Shown: piece after piece, positions 1 to 12,655 of the stretch
Numbering within the stretch: the first letter of the stretch is position 1
Layout of the letters: every line of letters begins with the position of its first letter
Assembly: GCF_018350175.1 (NCBI RefSeq)
Contig: NC_058383.1
Coordinates: 8,744,001-8,808,000, forward strand
Reading direction: 5' to 3'
DNA length: 64,000 nucleotides
From: Felis catus
Taxonomy: Eukaryota
Position numbers and translations under genes: made by a program
Notes under the pieces: generated by a model
Database searches by the model: none
What the model was told of the DNA's origin: nothing
Seen by the model: the letters and a program-made list of their open reading frames with translations, nothing else

Positions 1-559
1 CAGCGGGTTGCTTACAGCAGGGACAGTGGAGATGAGTTTACTTCCTTTATGGTCACGATGGGAGGCTCGGCACTCTTTGCCTTCCCAGAATGCAGCGCCA
101 GAACTCAGGAATACTTCGGTCACCTCCTCTACTTCTCACAGCTGGTGTTTTCGTGAGGCAGGCCCAGACCCGGGTTGGCGGGGTGTGGGGTAGACTGAGG
201 CAAGCCTGGTAAGAGGCGCCGTTCTGTGGGTTCGACTCCAGGGTGCCCGGGTCTTGTGCCATCCGGACCCTGCACCAAGGCCTCTGTGCCCTCACCCCCT
301 CTCCCTGCCTCTTCCGTCCTCCACGGTGGTTCCAGATGCCTCGGCCCCGCCACCTTTTACGTTCTCTGACCCCGTCCAGTTTTACCATTTCCCCTCAGAG
401 TCTGGGCCCATTATAAGACTCTTGAGTGACAGATGAGTCCCCGACTCCATATCCCCGTCCAGGTGGCCCCCAGATGTCATCCCTGTGCCCACGCCTGGTC
501 AAGGCGATTGACTCCTGTACAAAATCTCACCGTGGCACAGGCCTTGGAGAGCTGGGGTC

Positions 560-755
560 ACGTCCTCCTTTCTGGCTGTGGCACCTTGGACGAGTGCTCC
601 TCCCCTGCTGAGCCTCAGCTGTCCTCATCTGTGAAATGGAGGGGTCCGTCCCTTCTGTCGGCAGGACTGTTGCGAACAGCGGTGACCCTAGCACGTCTGA
701 GGTCCCTGCCGCAGCGCTCGGTGCGTAGGGCATGTTCAGTGAGAACTGTTGTCAA
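560..755 (+). mobile_element. MIR SINE relic
   Basis: Core motif tgtggcaccttggacgagt...ctgagcctcagctgtcctcatctgtgaaatgg followed by a MIR-like 3' tail. Confidence 0.65.
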
Positions 756-1489
756 CTCTGCCCGAGACCTGCTCCCCCCACCCCTTCCCACCTCTCTCCT
801 GAGAGCTCAGAGCCCCAGCCCCTCAGCCCCTCACAGGTTGGCTTCTACCCCCAACTCCATTCAGGGGGCGCTCAGCATTCCCGGGACCTCCCTGGCGGCC
901 AAATCCAGAGCTTTCCGCCAGCCTCACGTCTGTGATGCCGTTTGATAGAAGCGAGCACCTTCGCCCTCTTGGAACCGCCTCCTCCTGACCTCTGCTCTCC
1001 CCGCTCTCCTCCTGCTCCTCTCCATTCCTGTTCTTTGACTTCTGCCTCCGACCGGCTGAGAGAGGGAGAGCTGGCTAGCCCCGAGCCTCTCTCCCAGGAA
1101 ACTGATTTGTGAATCGGCCCTGGGCTGCTCCATGAGATGGGGGCGGGGGGGGGGGTGGCACTTGACATGCGGCCGGTCCAAAGAGAGATGTGCCGAGGCG
1201 TAAAATGCCCCCCAGGTGTCAAAAGCTTAGTACCAGAAGTATCTGTTCTCTGCTAATAACTTCTATATTGATGGGGCAGGAAATGAAAATATTGGGGAGA
1301 TATTCATTTCATCTGGTTCTTTTTGCTTTTTCAACATGGCTTTGGAGAGTTCTAAGTCACCTAGGAGGTTGGCACCCGGATTTTGGCGGTGGCGGCGCTG
1401 GCCTGGACTGCGGACCGGGCCCTGCAGCAGGCCCCCTTTCACGCACCCGGGTCTTGATGTGCTCGGACGGGGCATTCAGCCGCGCGCTC

Positions 1490-1521
1490 GCTCTCTCTCT
1501 CTCTCGCTCTCTCTCTCTCTC
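1490..1521. repeat. (CT)n microsatellite
   Basis: Interrupted ctctct run. Confidence 0.85.
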
Positions 1522-1761
1522 AACCACCCCGTGTCTTTCGAGTCCCGCCTGTGTGCCGGGCCCCTGCCGTACACACAGGAGACTGAGATCAGTGCTCCTG
1601 GGAGTGCAGCCCGACGTCACGTCCGCTCTCTGGGCCGCAACCAGGCCGTGGGCTGCAGAGGGCACCGTGTGCATCAGGCCGGGCCGCACCCGCCGCCCTC
1701 CCCCTGTATCCCCAGGGAGTGGGACTGACCCCTGAATGTGACCGGCTTCCTCAGTCCACCC

Positions 1762-1968
1762 TTTGTTTTGTTTTGTTTTGTTTTGTTATTTATTTATTTA
1801 CTTGGAGAGAGTGAGCATGAGCAGGGCCGAGAGAGGGTGAGGGGGGAGAGAGAGAATCCCAAGCAGGCTCTGCACTGACCGTGGGCGCAATCTCATGAAC
1901 TGTGAGGTCGTGACCCGAGCCAAAATCAAGAGTCGGACTCTTAACTGACTAAGCCACCCAGGCGCCCC
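1762..1968 (-). mobile_element. CanSINE (feline SINEC) with a (GTTTT)n/(TTTA)n tail
   Basis: Ends ...aagccacccaggcgcccc, the reverse complement of the CanSINE 5' head; (GA)n tract and T-rich tail. Confidence 0.93.
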
Positions 1969-3069
1969 CAACCTTCTGGAGTTTTGAAGCGTCCCACGCC
2001 TAGACTTCCCTGGCAAAATATCATCCAGCCCCGCTCGGGTGCTGGAGGTGCGGGATGTGGGACTGTGGGAAGGACTACAACCCATTCCCTGCCCTCAAGC
2101 AGCCCTCGGTCCGGAAGGAACAGGATCGCTCCTGCCCTTACAGACTCCCAGTGGGAAGCGACAGGAGACACATCCTGTGACGGACACCGGGGCCTGGCTG
2201 CCTCGGTTCTGCAGGCCCAGATCTAGACCCGTTGAAAGCCTTGGGAGTCCCCTCTCCAGAGTCCGAGGCCCAGCAGGTGCCTCCGGCCGTCGGACCGGCA
2301 AGGCAGGCCCGCCGCCTGCCCCCAGAGCCCCCCGACTACCTGCCGGTGGGGCGGGGGCTCAGCCATAGCTCCCTGGAAAGCCAAGGGCCGTCCCTGCAGC
2401 GGTCGTGAGATGGGCATCACGCTGAGTTCCCGTCCTCCGAGCTGTTTACATCTTGCTTGTACATAGTAGATTCGCGTGGCTCTGTGGCCTCGGAGAGGGG
2501 GACTCGCCGCGCGCGTGTGAAAGCGGAGCTTGCGCGCCGCGAACCGTGCCGGTGCCGCCTCGGGAAAGTTCGCCAGCTCTTTACCCGCTGGGATGCGCAC
2601 CCTGGTGCCAGGCTGCCCGGCGAGAACACCGGAGACTACAGCCGCACCTCATTAGCCCGTCACCTTCCCCGAAGTCGGCTTTTTTAGAAAACCAGCAACA
2701 GATGCGCTCTTGCCATCCTCCTGTGTCTGCAGCCTGTCACCAGAGCGGTGCCGGGCGCCCGTCCTGCCTGCCTGGCCCGGCCTCGGGGAGGCCGGGGGAG
2801 GGAAGGGGGCCAGCCCAGAGTCCCCGGGCTCTCCCGCCTCCACCCCAGACCTCCGCGTCATTACCCGTGGTCGCGGGTTTCTGCCAAAGAAGCGTGGCTC
2901 GTTCCTCGCGGTCGCAACATAGGCTTTTACCCCTGACCCTGCCCGGGACCCAGAGGTGATCTCCCCTCGTTCCTCGCCCTTTTCGTCCTCTGTGCTGCGT
3001 CCTCCCGAGAGGGGCACGGGCTAAGTGAGACGGTGTCGTAGTAGGGTCTCCTTTCACTGCACCGCGGAC

Positions 3070-3708
3070 CTGCTGGCTCAAAACATCAGAAACTCCTCAT
3101 CCAACAGTGCCGGGGATCAGAAGGCCAACACTGGTGCCACGGGGCTGAAGCCAGGTGTTGGCAGAGCTGTATTCTCTCAGAAGCTACAGGGAGGGGCGCC
3201 TGGGTGGCTCAGTCGGTTAAGCGGCCGACTTCGGCTCAGGTCATGATCTCGCGGTCCGTGAGTTCGAGGCCCGCGTCGGGCTCTGTGCTGACAGCTCAGA
3301 GCCTGGAGCCTGCTTCCGATTCTGTGTCTCCCTCTCTCTCTGCCCCTTCCCTGCTCATGCTCTGTCTCTCTCTGTCTCAAAACTAAATAAACATTTAAAC
3401 AAAAAAAAAAAAAAAGAAGCTCCAGGGAGAATCATTCTCTAGGCGCCTGCAGCTTCCCAGGCCGCCTGCACCTCTTGGCGTCCACCCCTGTCATTCTGAC
3501 CCCCGCTTTCACCGTCACACCCTCTCGGGCTCTCACCCTCCTTCCTCCCTCCTGCCTCTGGCTCGCTTGGGATCCAGGCGCGTCTCCCAGACTCAGGGCC
3601 CCCGACTGCCATCTGCAGAGTCCCTTTTACCATGTAGCCCAATAGAGCCACAGGTCCCGGGGATCAGGACGTGGGCGTCCCTGGGGGCCGATAGTGGGCC
3701 TAGCACAG
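3070..3708 (-). mobile_element. MLT1-type MaLR LTR relic interrupted by a CanSINE
   Basis: MLT1-like segments ggctcaaaacatcagaaac..., aggtgttggcagagctg..., catctgcagagtcccttttaccatgt...ggggatcaggacgtgg...ggcctagcaca. Confidence 0.6.
3193..3414 (+). mobile_element. CanSINE (SINEC_Fc-like), full length
   Basis: ggggcgcctgggtggctcagtcggttaagcg head, (CT)n, polyA. TSD agaagct(a/c)caggga at 3179-3192 and 3415-3428. Confidence 0.96.
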
Positions 3709-3792
3709 ATGGCCTTATTTATTTAGGAAGAGCCTGGTGAAGAGTCTGATCAGTTTTGGTCGTCGAACTTGGCGTAAAAACACGGAAGATGT

Positions 3793-4020
3793 GGGGCGCC
3801 TGGGTGGCGCAGTCGGTTGAGCGTCCAACTTCAGCCAGGTCACGATCTCGCGGTCCGTGAGTTCGAGCCCCGCATCGGGCTCTGGGCTGATGGCTCAGAG
3901 CCTGGAGCCTGTTTCCCATTCTGTGTCTCCCTCTCTCTCTGCTCCTCCCCCGTTCATGCTCTGTCTCTCTCTGTCTCAAGAATAAATAAACGTTAAAAAA
4001 AAAAATTAAAAAAAAAAAAA
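3793..4020 (+). mobile_element. Young CanSINE (SINEC_Fc-like), full length
   Basis: Intact head, long A tail, perfect TSD aaaacacggaagatg on both sides. Confidence 0.96.
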
Positions 4021-5128
4021 AAAACACGGAAGATGATGCATTTCCACCTCCACATGAGCGGGCTGCATTTGCGAAGGATCAGGGTCTTTGGACGCCGAGG
4101 AATTCAGCAGGTGGCAGAGAGGTCCCCCAGCCTGTGGCAGGGGCACGCCGTGGACGGTGACCCTCGGGAGCGCTCCGCCAGTGTCCTGGGGAGGAGCGAA
4201 AGCGCGGACTTCTCCACGGAAATACTGGCGTCACCCGTAGGGATGCAACTTAGAGGAAGACGTATAATTAAAAGGGAAACCGGATACTTCTTGATCAGAT
4301 ACCTTGGCGGGGTTACAATCCAGAATAACGTGGGTTAGCTGTGTCTGGCCCAGAGCTGATGGTACAGCCCCGACTCATGGCCGACTCTGCAGTGAGGGAG
4401 GTGCTCCGCGTCTGGCATCTGGCACGATGGCTGCCAGCCTCCCGTGGCTGCCGAGCACTTGAAAGGTAGCTCCTGCCACCGAGGAACTGAATTCTTAAAT
4501 TGAGTTGCTTTAAGTGACGATTCAGGCGGGGGCAAGGGGTCCTCAGGGTCCTAACCTGGGTTCTGGGGGGAGGCCTTAGGAAGGCCACGGTGGGGTGATT
4601 TGCCGGACAGTATCCCAGAGGGAAGCATCGCTCGCTTTCCTCAGATTCTCGGAAGGCCTCACGACCCAGGAGGGGTAGGGGCTCTGGGCCAGAGGAAAAC
4701 CACCGAGGACACTGGAGCACTAAATACCCGGAGCCGCCCTTGCTGATAGTGCTCCCTAATAGTGCTCGGCTCGGCGAGTGAGTGAGGTGGGTCCAAGCTT
4801 ACGACCGAAGGGCCCTTTGGCTCAGGTGCTTGGCTAAAGGAGCACAAAACGCTGTCGGTCAGTCGCTGAAAGAGCGAGCAGGTGCCAGACGTGCAGCTGA
4901 CAAGGACGGCTCACCTCGGGGTGGGGGGGCGAGCAGGCCCAGGGCCGGGCTACTTAGACCATCCCAGCACCCCAGAGCGGGAGAGGCCGGGCGCTCAGCC
5001 CCCACCCCTTCCGGGGTCCGTGAATTCCCTCCTCATCCACCTTCAAGTGATGCTTGAAAATCCCGATGCCAGAAAAGGCTGTCTTCTGTGCACTCCGATC
5101 GATTTAGGATAACTCTAAATTTGCTAGA

Positions 5129-5372
5129 GGGGCGCCCGGGTGGCTCAGTCGGTTAAGCGACCGACCTCGGCTCGGGTCACGATCTCGCAATTTGTGGGTT
5201 CGAGCCCCGCGTCAGGCTCTGTGCTGACAGCTCGGAGCTGGAACCTGCTTCGGATTCTGTGTCCCCCCTCTCTTCCTCGTGGTCTGTCTCTCAAAAATAA
5301 ATAAAATAAATATAAAATAAATTAAAAAATAATAAATAAAATAAATTTAAAAATAAATAAATAACTTTTTTA
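5129..5372 (+). mobile_element. CanSINE with an expanded AT-rich tail
   Basis: ggggcgcccgggtggctcagtcgg head; TSD aaatttgc(t/g)aga. Confidence 0.93.
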
Positions 5373-5429
5373 AAATTTGCGAGAAAGCTTTTCCCTGAAT
5401 GGTAATGGCGATGTTACTCATAATAATAA

Positions 5430-5625
5430 AAAGTCGTTCATACTATTAAGTACTTGCCATGTGTCAGGAGCAATACTACCCATGTGGATTACACTTGATC
5501 CCCTCTTCAGGGAGGCCATCATGACCCTTGAGCATGTGGAGCTGAGAAAACTGAGCTTTGGGAGGCGAACCGGCATCCCGAGCTCCCGTGGATGGTGAGT
5601 GGCAGGGCCAGAATTTGGAATCAGG
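5430..5625 (-). mobile_element. MIR relic
   Basis: tactattaagtacttgccatgtgtcagg...gagaaaactgagcttt...gtggcagggccagaatttggaatcagg. Confidence 0.55.
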
Positions 5626-6931
5626 GCCCCCGCCTTCTGCCTTCCGTCTTCCGGACGTGGTTCTGACCTAGGAGCTGTGGACAGACATCCAGACCCTTCC
5701 TTTGCTTGGTAGCGCCCGTAGGTTCGACAACGGCCCGGCTCAGCGGTTTAGAGGTGGCGAGAGCCCAGACGGGCACATTGACAGCTGACCTACAAAGATC
5801 CTGCCTGCCTTCCCGGCTCGGACGCCGCTTCCTCTGTGAAACCACTCCTCACCTCCCTTAATCTGAATTGACCCTTCCTCTGTGTTTCCCCCCCGCCCAT
5901 CCCCGGGGCTCCTGACAGAATGCTTTGCCTTCTTCTTGTGTTCTGGATTGGTTGGCACATGTCCAGTCCTCACCGGTCTAGTCAGTGTCCGTTGGCGTGT
6001 GCTTAAGGCCCGGAACCCGGAAGTACACGGATACCTGGCTTTGGTCCAGACTTACTAAGTCCGATCTGGCGCGTAGGTCGGGCTCAGTGAACACCTCAGA
6101 TGTCCGTGCCTCACGTCATTGACTTGTCAGTACAACTGACACGACGTCGTGGGAGTCGGAGGCGTCCGGTGTGTTGGTTCGGCACGTTTGTATTTTGCCC
6201 CGTCGTTGCTGTAACGGCGCGAGCTACCGCCTTTATCGCATCGCGTGATTGTCATTTCCTTGTTGCGTTGAGAACAGTTCAGATCTAGTCTCCCCGCAGC
6301 TTTGAAGTTTACGATACAGTGGTGTTGACGATGATCGCTATGTTGTGCCGCAGCCAGTTATTTCATTTCAAAGAGAATCTTCTCGAGGAGACTCATACCG
6401 ACTTCCCTCTGGGCTGTTCCATCGTCTTAAAATGTGGACTGGTGGCTTGGGATGAAATTTCCACTGACCGTGTCAGACATGGCTTCCAAACAGATGTATC
6501 TCCTAGTGAGTGACAGCGCTCTAAGGCAACAGCTAAAATGCGACACGGGGACCCCAGATCCTTTTCAGACACCTTTTCAGTCCAGTCTACACCGTTAACT
6601 CCTGTTTTATGCTAAGCAGGTTACCTCAGACCGATACGAGCAACAACTTGCGTCCCTAGCGCGTTGGGGGGTGAGGTGCGTCTAACCTGGACGGGGTAGA
6701 AATAAAATTTAATGGTATTCTCGAGGAAGAGGAAGTTCATTTGAACGACAGAGCGCCAGTTGGCGTGATTTATGTTGTCCGAACGAAGGAAACGGACAGG
6801 GGAGGGACCAAGATTGCTTTATCTAGTGGCAGTCATCACTGAATTCAAAGCTGTTTTGATAGGAGGACTTAACGAATGTTTCCCTTCTCTTTCCTTCTCC
6901 GATGGCTGTTTCCTGACGCGCCCCTCTCCAG

Positions 6932-6979
6932 GATTTGCGCAAGCAGGTAGCGCCGCTGCTGAAGAGCTTCCAGGGGGAG
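6932..6979 (+). CDS. CUX1: CUX1/CASP internal coding exon (48 nt, phase 0-0; probably the equivalent of human exon 3), DLRKQVAPLLKSFQGE
   Basis: Acceptor cccctctccag|GAT and donor GAG|gtaagc. The translation matches the recalled mammalian CUX1 N-terminal sequence and joins the next exon in frame. Confidence 0.96.
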
Positions 6980-8459
6980 GTAAGCATTTATGTTTATTTT
7001 ATACCCCGAGCCACCCTTCGTAGTTCATCGTGCTTTCTTTTTATTCTCATTAAGTAAATGCCATTGACAGAAGGGGCTTGCCCAGATGGAACCCTCCCAG
7101 CCGCACTAACTCAATGTCATGTGGATTTTGTGCTTCCCGGTGTGATGTTTCCACTGGGTCCTCCATTAAAGCCCGCGTGGAAAGCGAAGCCGTGTCCGCA
7201 ATGGAAGAAGGTGTGGTGGATCCAGGGGCGAGGCGGCCTGTGCACTTCCCACGGTGGACTGAGTTTGTCCACACCGCGGCCTCTGGGAGCCCGCACGTTC
7301 TCAGGCTCGCTGGTTCCCGGAGTTAGCCTGGGGCTGCAGCCGCCAGGAGGCCTCCTGTGTGGGGAGGATGCAGTGGGGCAGGCCGGTGCCTTCGCGCCCA
7401 GCTACTGAGGGAAGAGGGATCGTCACTTGCTTGAGGCTGGCAACAGCCACGAGGAGTCCGCTTGGGCTCAGTATAAGCAAGAGCTCTCTGTCGGGTCCTT
7501 CCAGACGGGGACCGCGCCGTCTGGCAAGATGGCGGACAGCCCTTGGAGACGTGAGCGGTCGAGGTGGGTGACGCTCCAGCTCCTTCATGGCCCTCTGTGT
7601 GGTCCCGGTGAACTTGAGAACACTGGGAATTTTGTGATGGTTGCGGAGTTACCCGTTCCCAGCTCTTCGCTTCTCCCGTTGGAATGAGGGCAGCAGTGGT
7701 AATACTGAGGAGAGGGGACAAGACTTTTTCAGAGCCCTCCAGAGAACCCAGATTGGTAGGATCGTGGGATTCTATTTTTGGGCCACTTCCCGATGCCCAG
7801 AGAACGCGGGGAGGGGGCCGGACCCGCGCAAGTGAGACGGCAGGTTCAGGGCGGGCCTTCTCGGCCCCGCAGCGAAGGAGGCCGGCATCCTGGGCCCGGG
7901 GCTCCAGAGGAGGGGGCGGGGGCTGCCCTTTGGCAGATTCTCCAGGTGACCGCAGAGGGCAGGGGAGCCGTGCAGGAAGCAGCGGGCACCGCCGAAGGTT
8001 TGAGGAGGGACGCAGCAGAGGGCCCTTCTCTGCTCACCATCTCCTGCCGCAGGAAGCCCTCCCGCGCTCGGCTCCCCGAGGGTCAGAGGCTATCACTGTC
8101 CCAGGGCTGGAAGGACACGAACTGCCTTTCCTCAGAACTGCATCTCCGAGCCTCGTTTTCTGAGCAAGACCGTCACCTTACACCTGCCCACATTGATCTG
8201 ATCTCTTCTTTTCCCTGTTCAGCGGCTTTCGTGAGGCCCGGTGGCTTAGTATTTCTGCAGCCACAGCAGCTCAGGGTGCCGTTTTGGGGGTGTTTGCTTG
8301 TTTCTCCTTCTTTCTGAAAAATTTCCAATCCGCCTAAAAGCGGAGAGGCTAGCGTGACGGGCACGCGTACGCCCTCTACCCAGCCTCGCCGCTTGCTGCC
8401 ATTTTGCTCCCCCTGCCCTTTTGAGGTGGCCCCGCTCTGTGCCCCTAAACACATCCATG

Positions 8460-8645
8460 CTTGTGTCTCCTAAAAGTAAGGTGCCCCGGTAATACCACAG
8501 TAACCCTGAGTATCTCACCCGGGAAAGTAACGTACCACGATACCTAATATTTGGTCCTAAATCTATCTCCCAGTTATTCCCAAAATGTCTTTTATAACTG
8601 CCCTGCCCTTGAACTGGGGTTCAGTCAGGTTCATGCATTGGATTG
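8460..8645 (-). mobile_element. Old L1 (L1MC-like) 3'-end fragment
   Basis: cccaaaatgtcttttataactg...ttgaactggggttcagtcaggttcatgcattggattgg resembles L1MC 3' UTR consensus. Confidence 0.45.
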
Positions 8646-8656
8646 GGGATGGGTGG

Positions 8657-8745
8657 GTGTATGTATGTATATGTATATGCGTGTGTGTGTGTGTGTGTGT
8701 GTGCGTGTGCGTGTGTACGTATATGTATACATCCACGTATATGTA

Positions 8746-8783
<38 letters not shown>
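8657..8783. repeat. Compound (GT)n...(AC)n alternating purine-pyrimidine repeat forming an inverted repeat
   Basis: A (GT)n arm, an RY-rich spacer and an (AC)n arm are read directly from the sequence. Confidence 0.9.
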
Positions 8784-8784
<1 letters not shown>

Positions 8785-8845
8785 CTCTCTTTTAATATAA
8801 AACACTGCCTCTACACCCTGTCATTTTTAAGAATTTAACACACTT

Positions 8846-9088
8846 GGGTCACCCGGGTGGCTCAGTTGGTTAAGCATCCAACTTCAGCTCAGGTCATGAT
8901 CTCACGGTTTGTGAGTTCGAGCCCCGTGTCGGGCTCTGTGCCGACAGCTCAGAGCCTGGAGCCTGCTTCAGATTCTGTGTCTTCCTCTTTCTCTGCCCCT
9001 ACCCCCTCCTGCCTGCGCTCGCTCGCATGGTCTCTCTCCCTCTCTCACTCAAAAATAAAATAAACATTAAGAAAATTTTTTTAAAAAG
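8846..9088 (+). mobile_element. CanSINE
   Basis: Head, (CT) tract, A tail; TSD agaatttaacacactt. Confidence 0.95.
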
Positions 9089-10430
9089 AGAATTTAACAC
9101 ACTTATTATAGATTGCCCCACATTCTGAATGGGGTAATGGCTGTGGTTCTGGATATATTAATTTTGAAATGCATGAGAGACATCCAGATTTCTTATCTGC
9201 CTATTTTTTAAAAGGCTATTGGAAAAATAAATATTTTTATAGCACCGCTAATATTTACCAAGCCTCTGCTAATTGCTCTGTTTATGTGAAATAATCTGTG
9301 CTTTCTAGTAAGCTAATTTGAGTAGAAAGGGCTAAGTGCTACTTGTTTCTGAAGAAAGAACTCTCCTAGCAGAGGGCAGCTGCAGACGGGGACCACATGT
9401 ACAGGGTCGGTTTTCCAACGAGTAAGGCCAGAAGGCAGCAAGCCTTGGTGCTCCAATGAAGCAGGATCCATTCGGCCTGTGTTTCTACAAAGCTGCCCTC
9501 TCTAATCAGAGGATTGCTTTCGTATCCTTTGTCAGTGTCCGTTGCACGCGATTTTATTTATTGGATATATATCCTTGGAGTGTATCCCCCAGTGCTAGAG
9601 TTTCCCCTGGAACAGCATATGGTGTTGGTGAGAACACGTTCTTTGCCTTTGAATTTGTGTAGATCACTTTGCTGGTGGAGGTCCCCGAAAGAAAAAACCA
9701 AAGAATGAGATAAAGTGTTCGGACAACTAGACATTCATGTATCCGTGGTGTGTCGGACTGTCCTGAGAGACGTTAGCCTGGCCAGAGGACCGTCACCCCC
9801 TTCAGTGTTTCCTGGTGGTCCTCCGTGTAAATCCAGGCACCTTCCAGGCAGATGAGACCCGCATGCTTGGGCGGCCGCTTGCCTTTCTAGACTCTTCTCA
9901 CTCCTAACCCCTATTGCTGGATACACGCCATTCTGAATTTCTGTCAGGCCCTGGTGTTTGGGGCATCCTCGCCGGCCCCCGGGCCTTGGCACAGGCAGAA
10001 CCGCTTCCTTACCTGGCTCTTTCAGCTTGGGCGCCCCTTCCTCAAGGAAGGTGTCCCCTGAGCCCCAAATGATAGGCCACGCCCCTTCTACACGTGTTCC
10101 CATTGCACCCACATGGCTTCGACACGTTTGTCGTCATGCCTGAGCACCGCCTGTCCCTTTGTCCCTCGTCCTCTTTAGCCTGTAAAACGTGTGAGGGCAA
10201 CCACTGTGCCTGGGCTTGTTGGCCATTGTTTCCCAGCACCGGGCACAGCAGAACCTCAAAAGTCTTGAGGCTTTCAACAATGGCTACAGAATAGATGATG
10301 GAGCAGTAAGGTTCCTCTGGAGGTGGTTTTTAAAACATTTTGCCTCCATCCTCTCATCAGGTTGTGTTGTATTGATAAGGAAAAAGGTACGCCGGAAAGT
10401 CTGCTTGGAACATACCTTTAAAAGAAATGA

Positions 10431-10660
10431 GGGGCGCCTGGGTAGCTCAGTCAGTTAAGCACCTGACTCTTGATTTCAGCTCAGGTCCTGATCTCACAGT
10501 TTGTGGGATCGAGCCCCACATTGGGCTCTGCACTGACAGCAGAGAGTCTGCTTGGGATTCTCTCTCCTTCTCTCTCTCTCTGCCCTGCCCTGCCTCTCCC
10601 CAGTGTGTTCTCTCTCTCTCTCTCTCAAAGTGAATGAATAAACTTAAAAAAAGAAAAAAG
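10431..10660 (+). mobile_element. CanSINE
   Basis: ggggcgcctgggtagctcagtcagttaagc head, (CT)n, A-rich tail. Confidence 0.93.
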
Positions 10661-12655
10661 AAACTAGTAAATAACTGTATTTATATAGCTGGTTGAATAG
10701 TAGGGAATACTATGGATCGTAATGGTCACTCAGAGTTATTATAACAAAGTCTTCACATTTCACTCCCTGAAATTTGACTGACTGATTGACTGATTGATTG
10801 CTATACCTAAGTTTGTGTGTTTCACGAGCCTGGCCAACAGATCAGTGTGGGGAAGGGGAATAACCTAGATGGTCGATCCAATTTAAGACTTATCTTAATC
10901 TAGTAATTTAGACAGTCCCTTCAGTAAAGTGACCCACTCTCTAGGAAAGTGCTAAGTCTCGTAACTTGTCTCCCCCTCTCCGTGCTTCGCTCCCTGACCG
11001 GGGTCCTGGTATAAAAGGTTGAGCTGGGAAGGAGTGGCCTTAGAGCCTACTCCTCTTGGCCGTCGGGGAGCCGGATGCTTAAGCCAGGTGTTCTCAGAGA
11101 AGAAAATCCTCTTAGGAAATAACTTAGGTGCTTGTGTCAGAAAGGAAATGAAAGACTGAAACTCTGTGAGCTCAGCATCTAGCTTAAAAAGTTAGAGAAG
11201 TACAACAGAATCAACTCGAAACAGGAGGAAGGAAATAACAAATATAAATAATAATAAAAATATAATAACAATAATAATAATAAAAAGACCGAAGGGAGAA
11301 ACAGCCCCAAAACTGGTTCTTTGAAGAGGCTACTACAATAGACAACCCACCTTTCTTCCTAAATCAAGAAAGAAAATGTTAGTAATGGAAATAGGGATAA
11401 TGTTGCAGCTGCAGCAGAGATTAAAAAGATAGTAAGGGAATATTACAGTCAATTTCATGCCAATAACATTTTAAAACCTAGACAACATGGACACATTTCC
11501 GGAATACCAGAATGCACTAAAGCTGATTAAAGAAGAAGTAGAAACCCTGAGTAGCCTTGTAACTATTACAGAAGTATTCCCATCAGGTATGGGTGCTTTT
11601 AGGGAGTGTTCCATCCATCATCCATGAAACAGACACGTTCTAATCTTTTGCAGGCTCCTTTAGAAAGTAAAAAAAAGAAAGAACACTCCCTAACTCTTTT
11701 TGCGAAGCTAGCGTCACCTTGATACCCAAACCGGTAAAGAATAGTACAAGAAAAGAAAATTCAAAGTCAGTCGTATTTATGAACAGATATCCAGAAGTCC
11801 TTAAAAGAGTATTCACAAATGGAATCCATCAAGTTCCATGTGTGTCAAGAATACCGTTTGGTTTAACATTAGAAAAAGGTATTCGTGTATATTAATGTCA
11901 TTAGCAGATTAAAGAAAAAATTATCATAATAGTTCTAGGAAAAGAATTTGATAAAATTCAGCATCCATTCATGATTTCAAAACAAAACAAAACTACCAGC
12001 CAACTGATATAGAGGAGAATGTCTTTAATCTGGGGAAAAGTATTTGCCAAAAGCCTATGTCGATCATTATGTTCTGTGATATTAAAAAAAAAATCCCTTA
12101 AAAATCAGGAGCAAGGAAAGAATGTGTACTATTACTGCTTTTATTTAACATTGTCCTGGAAGTCTTAGCTAGCATGGTAGGCAAGAAAGAGATCAAGTAT
12201 TGTCAGAGAAGGAACAAAACTGTCATTTTCCAAGTGAGCCTCAATTATTAAACAAGGTTGCTAGATACAAAATCAATATGCAAAAGAAATGACATACTTC
12301 TACATGGACAGCAAACTGAGAAACGACACAACTAGAGTTAGCAACAAAAAATAAAGCCTACCTAGAAGTAAAGATAATAATGCATAGGAACTAACTCTTC
12401 CTGGAGAAAAAAGTAGATCATTTATTTAAAGAGGACTTAAATGGAGAGAGAGAGAGAAAGTATTCAAGGATAGAAATTCCCACTATTATTATTAAAGATA
12501 ATCAATTTCCCTCAAGTCGATTAGAGGGAGTCATTGTCATTCCAATCAAAATTCCAATAGTACTTTTCAGAACACTTGAAAAACTGATTCCAGAAGTGAT
12601 AAAGCAAGAACAAGTGGTCAGTAATGGTGAAGGTCGTATTAAATACGAACAAGAT

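Noticed and set aside
11008..11019. Consensus TATA box TATAAAAG (also at ~36260)
   Set aside because: Isolated 8-mers with no supporting promoter context; expected by chance in 64 kb.
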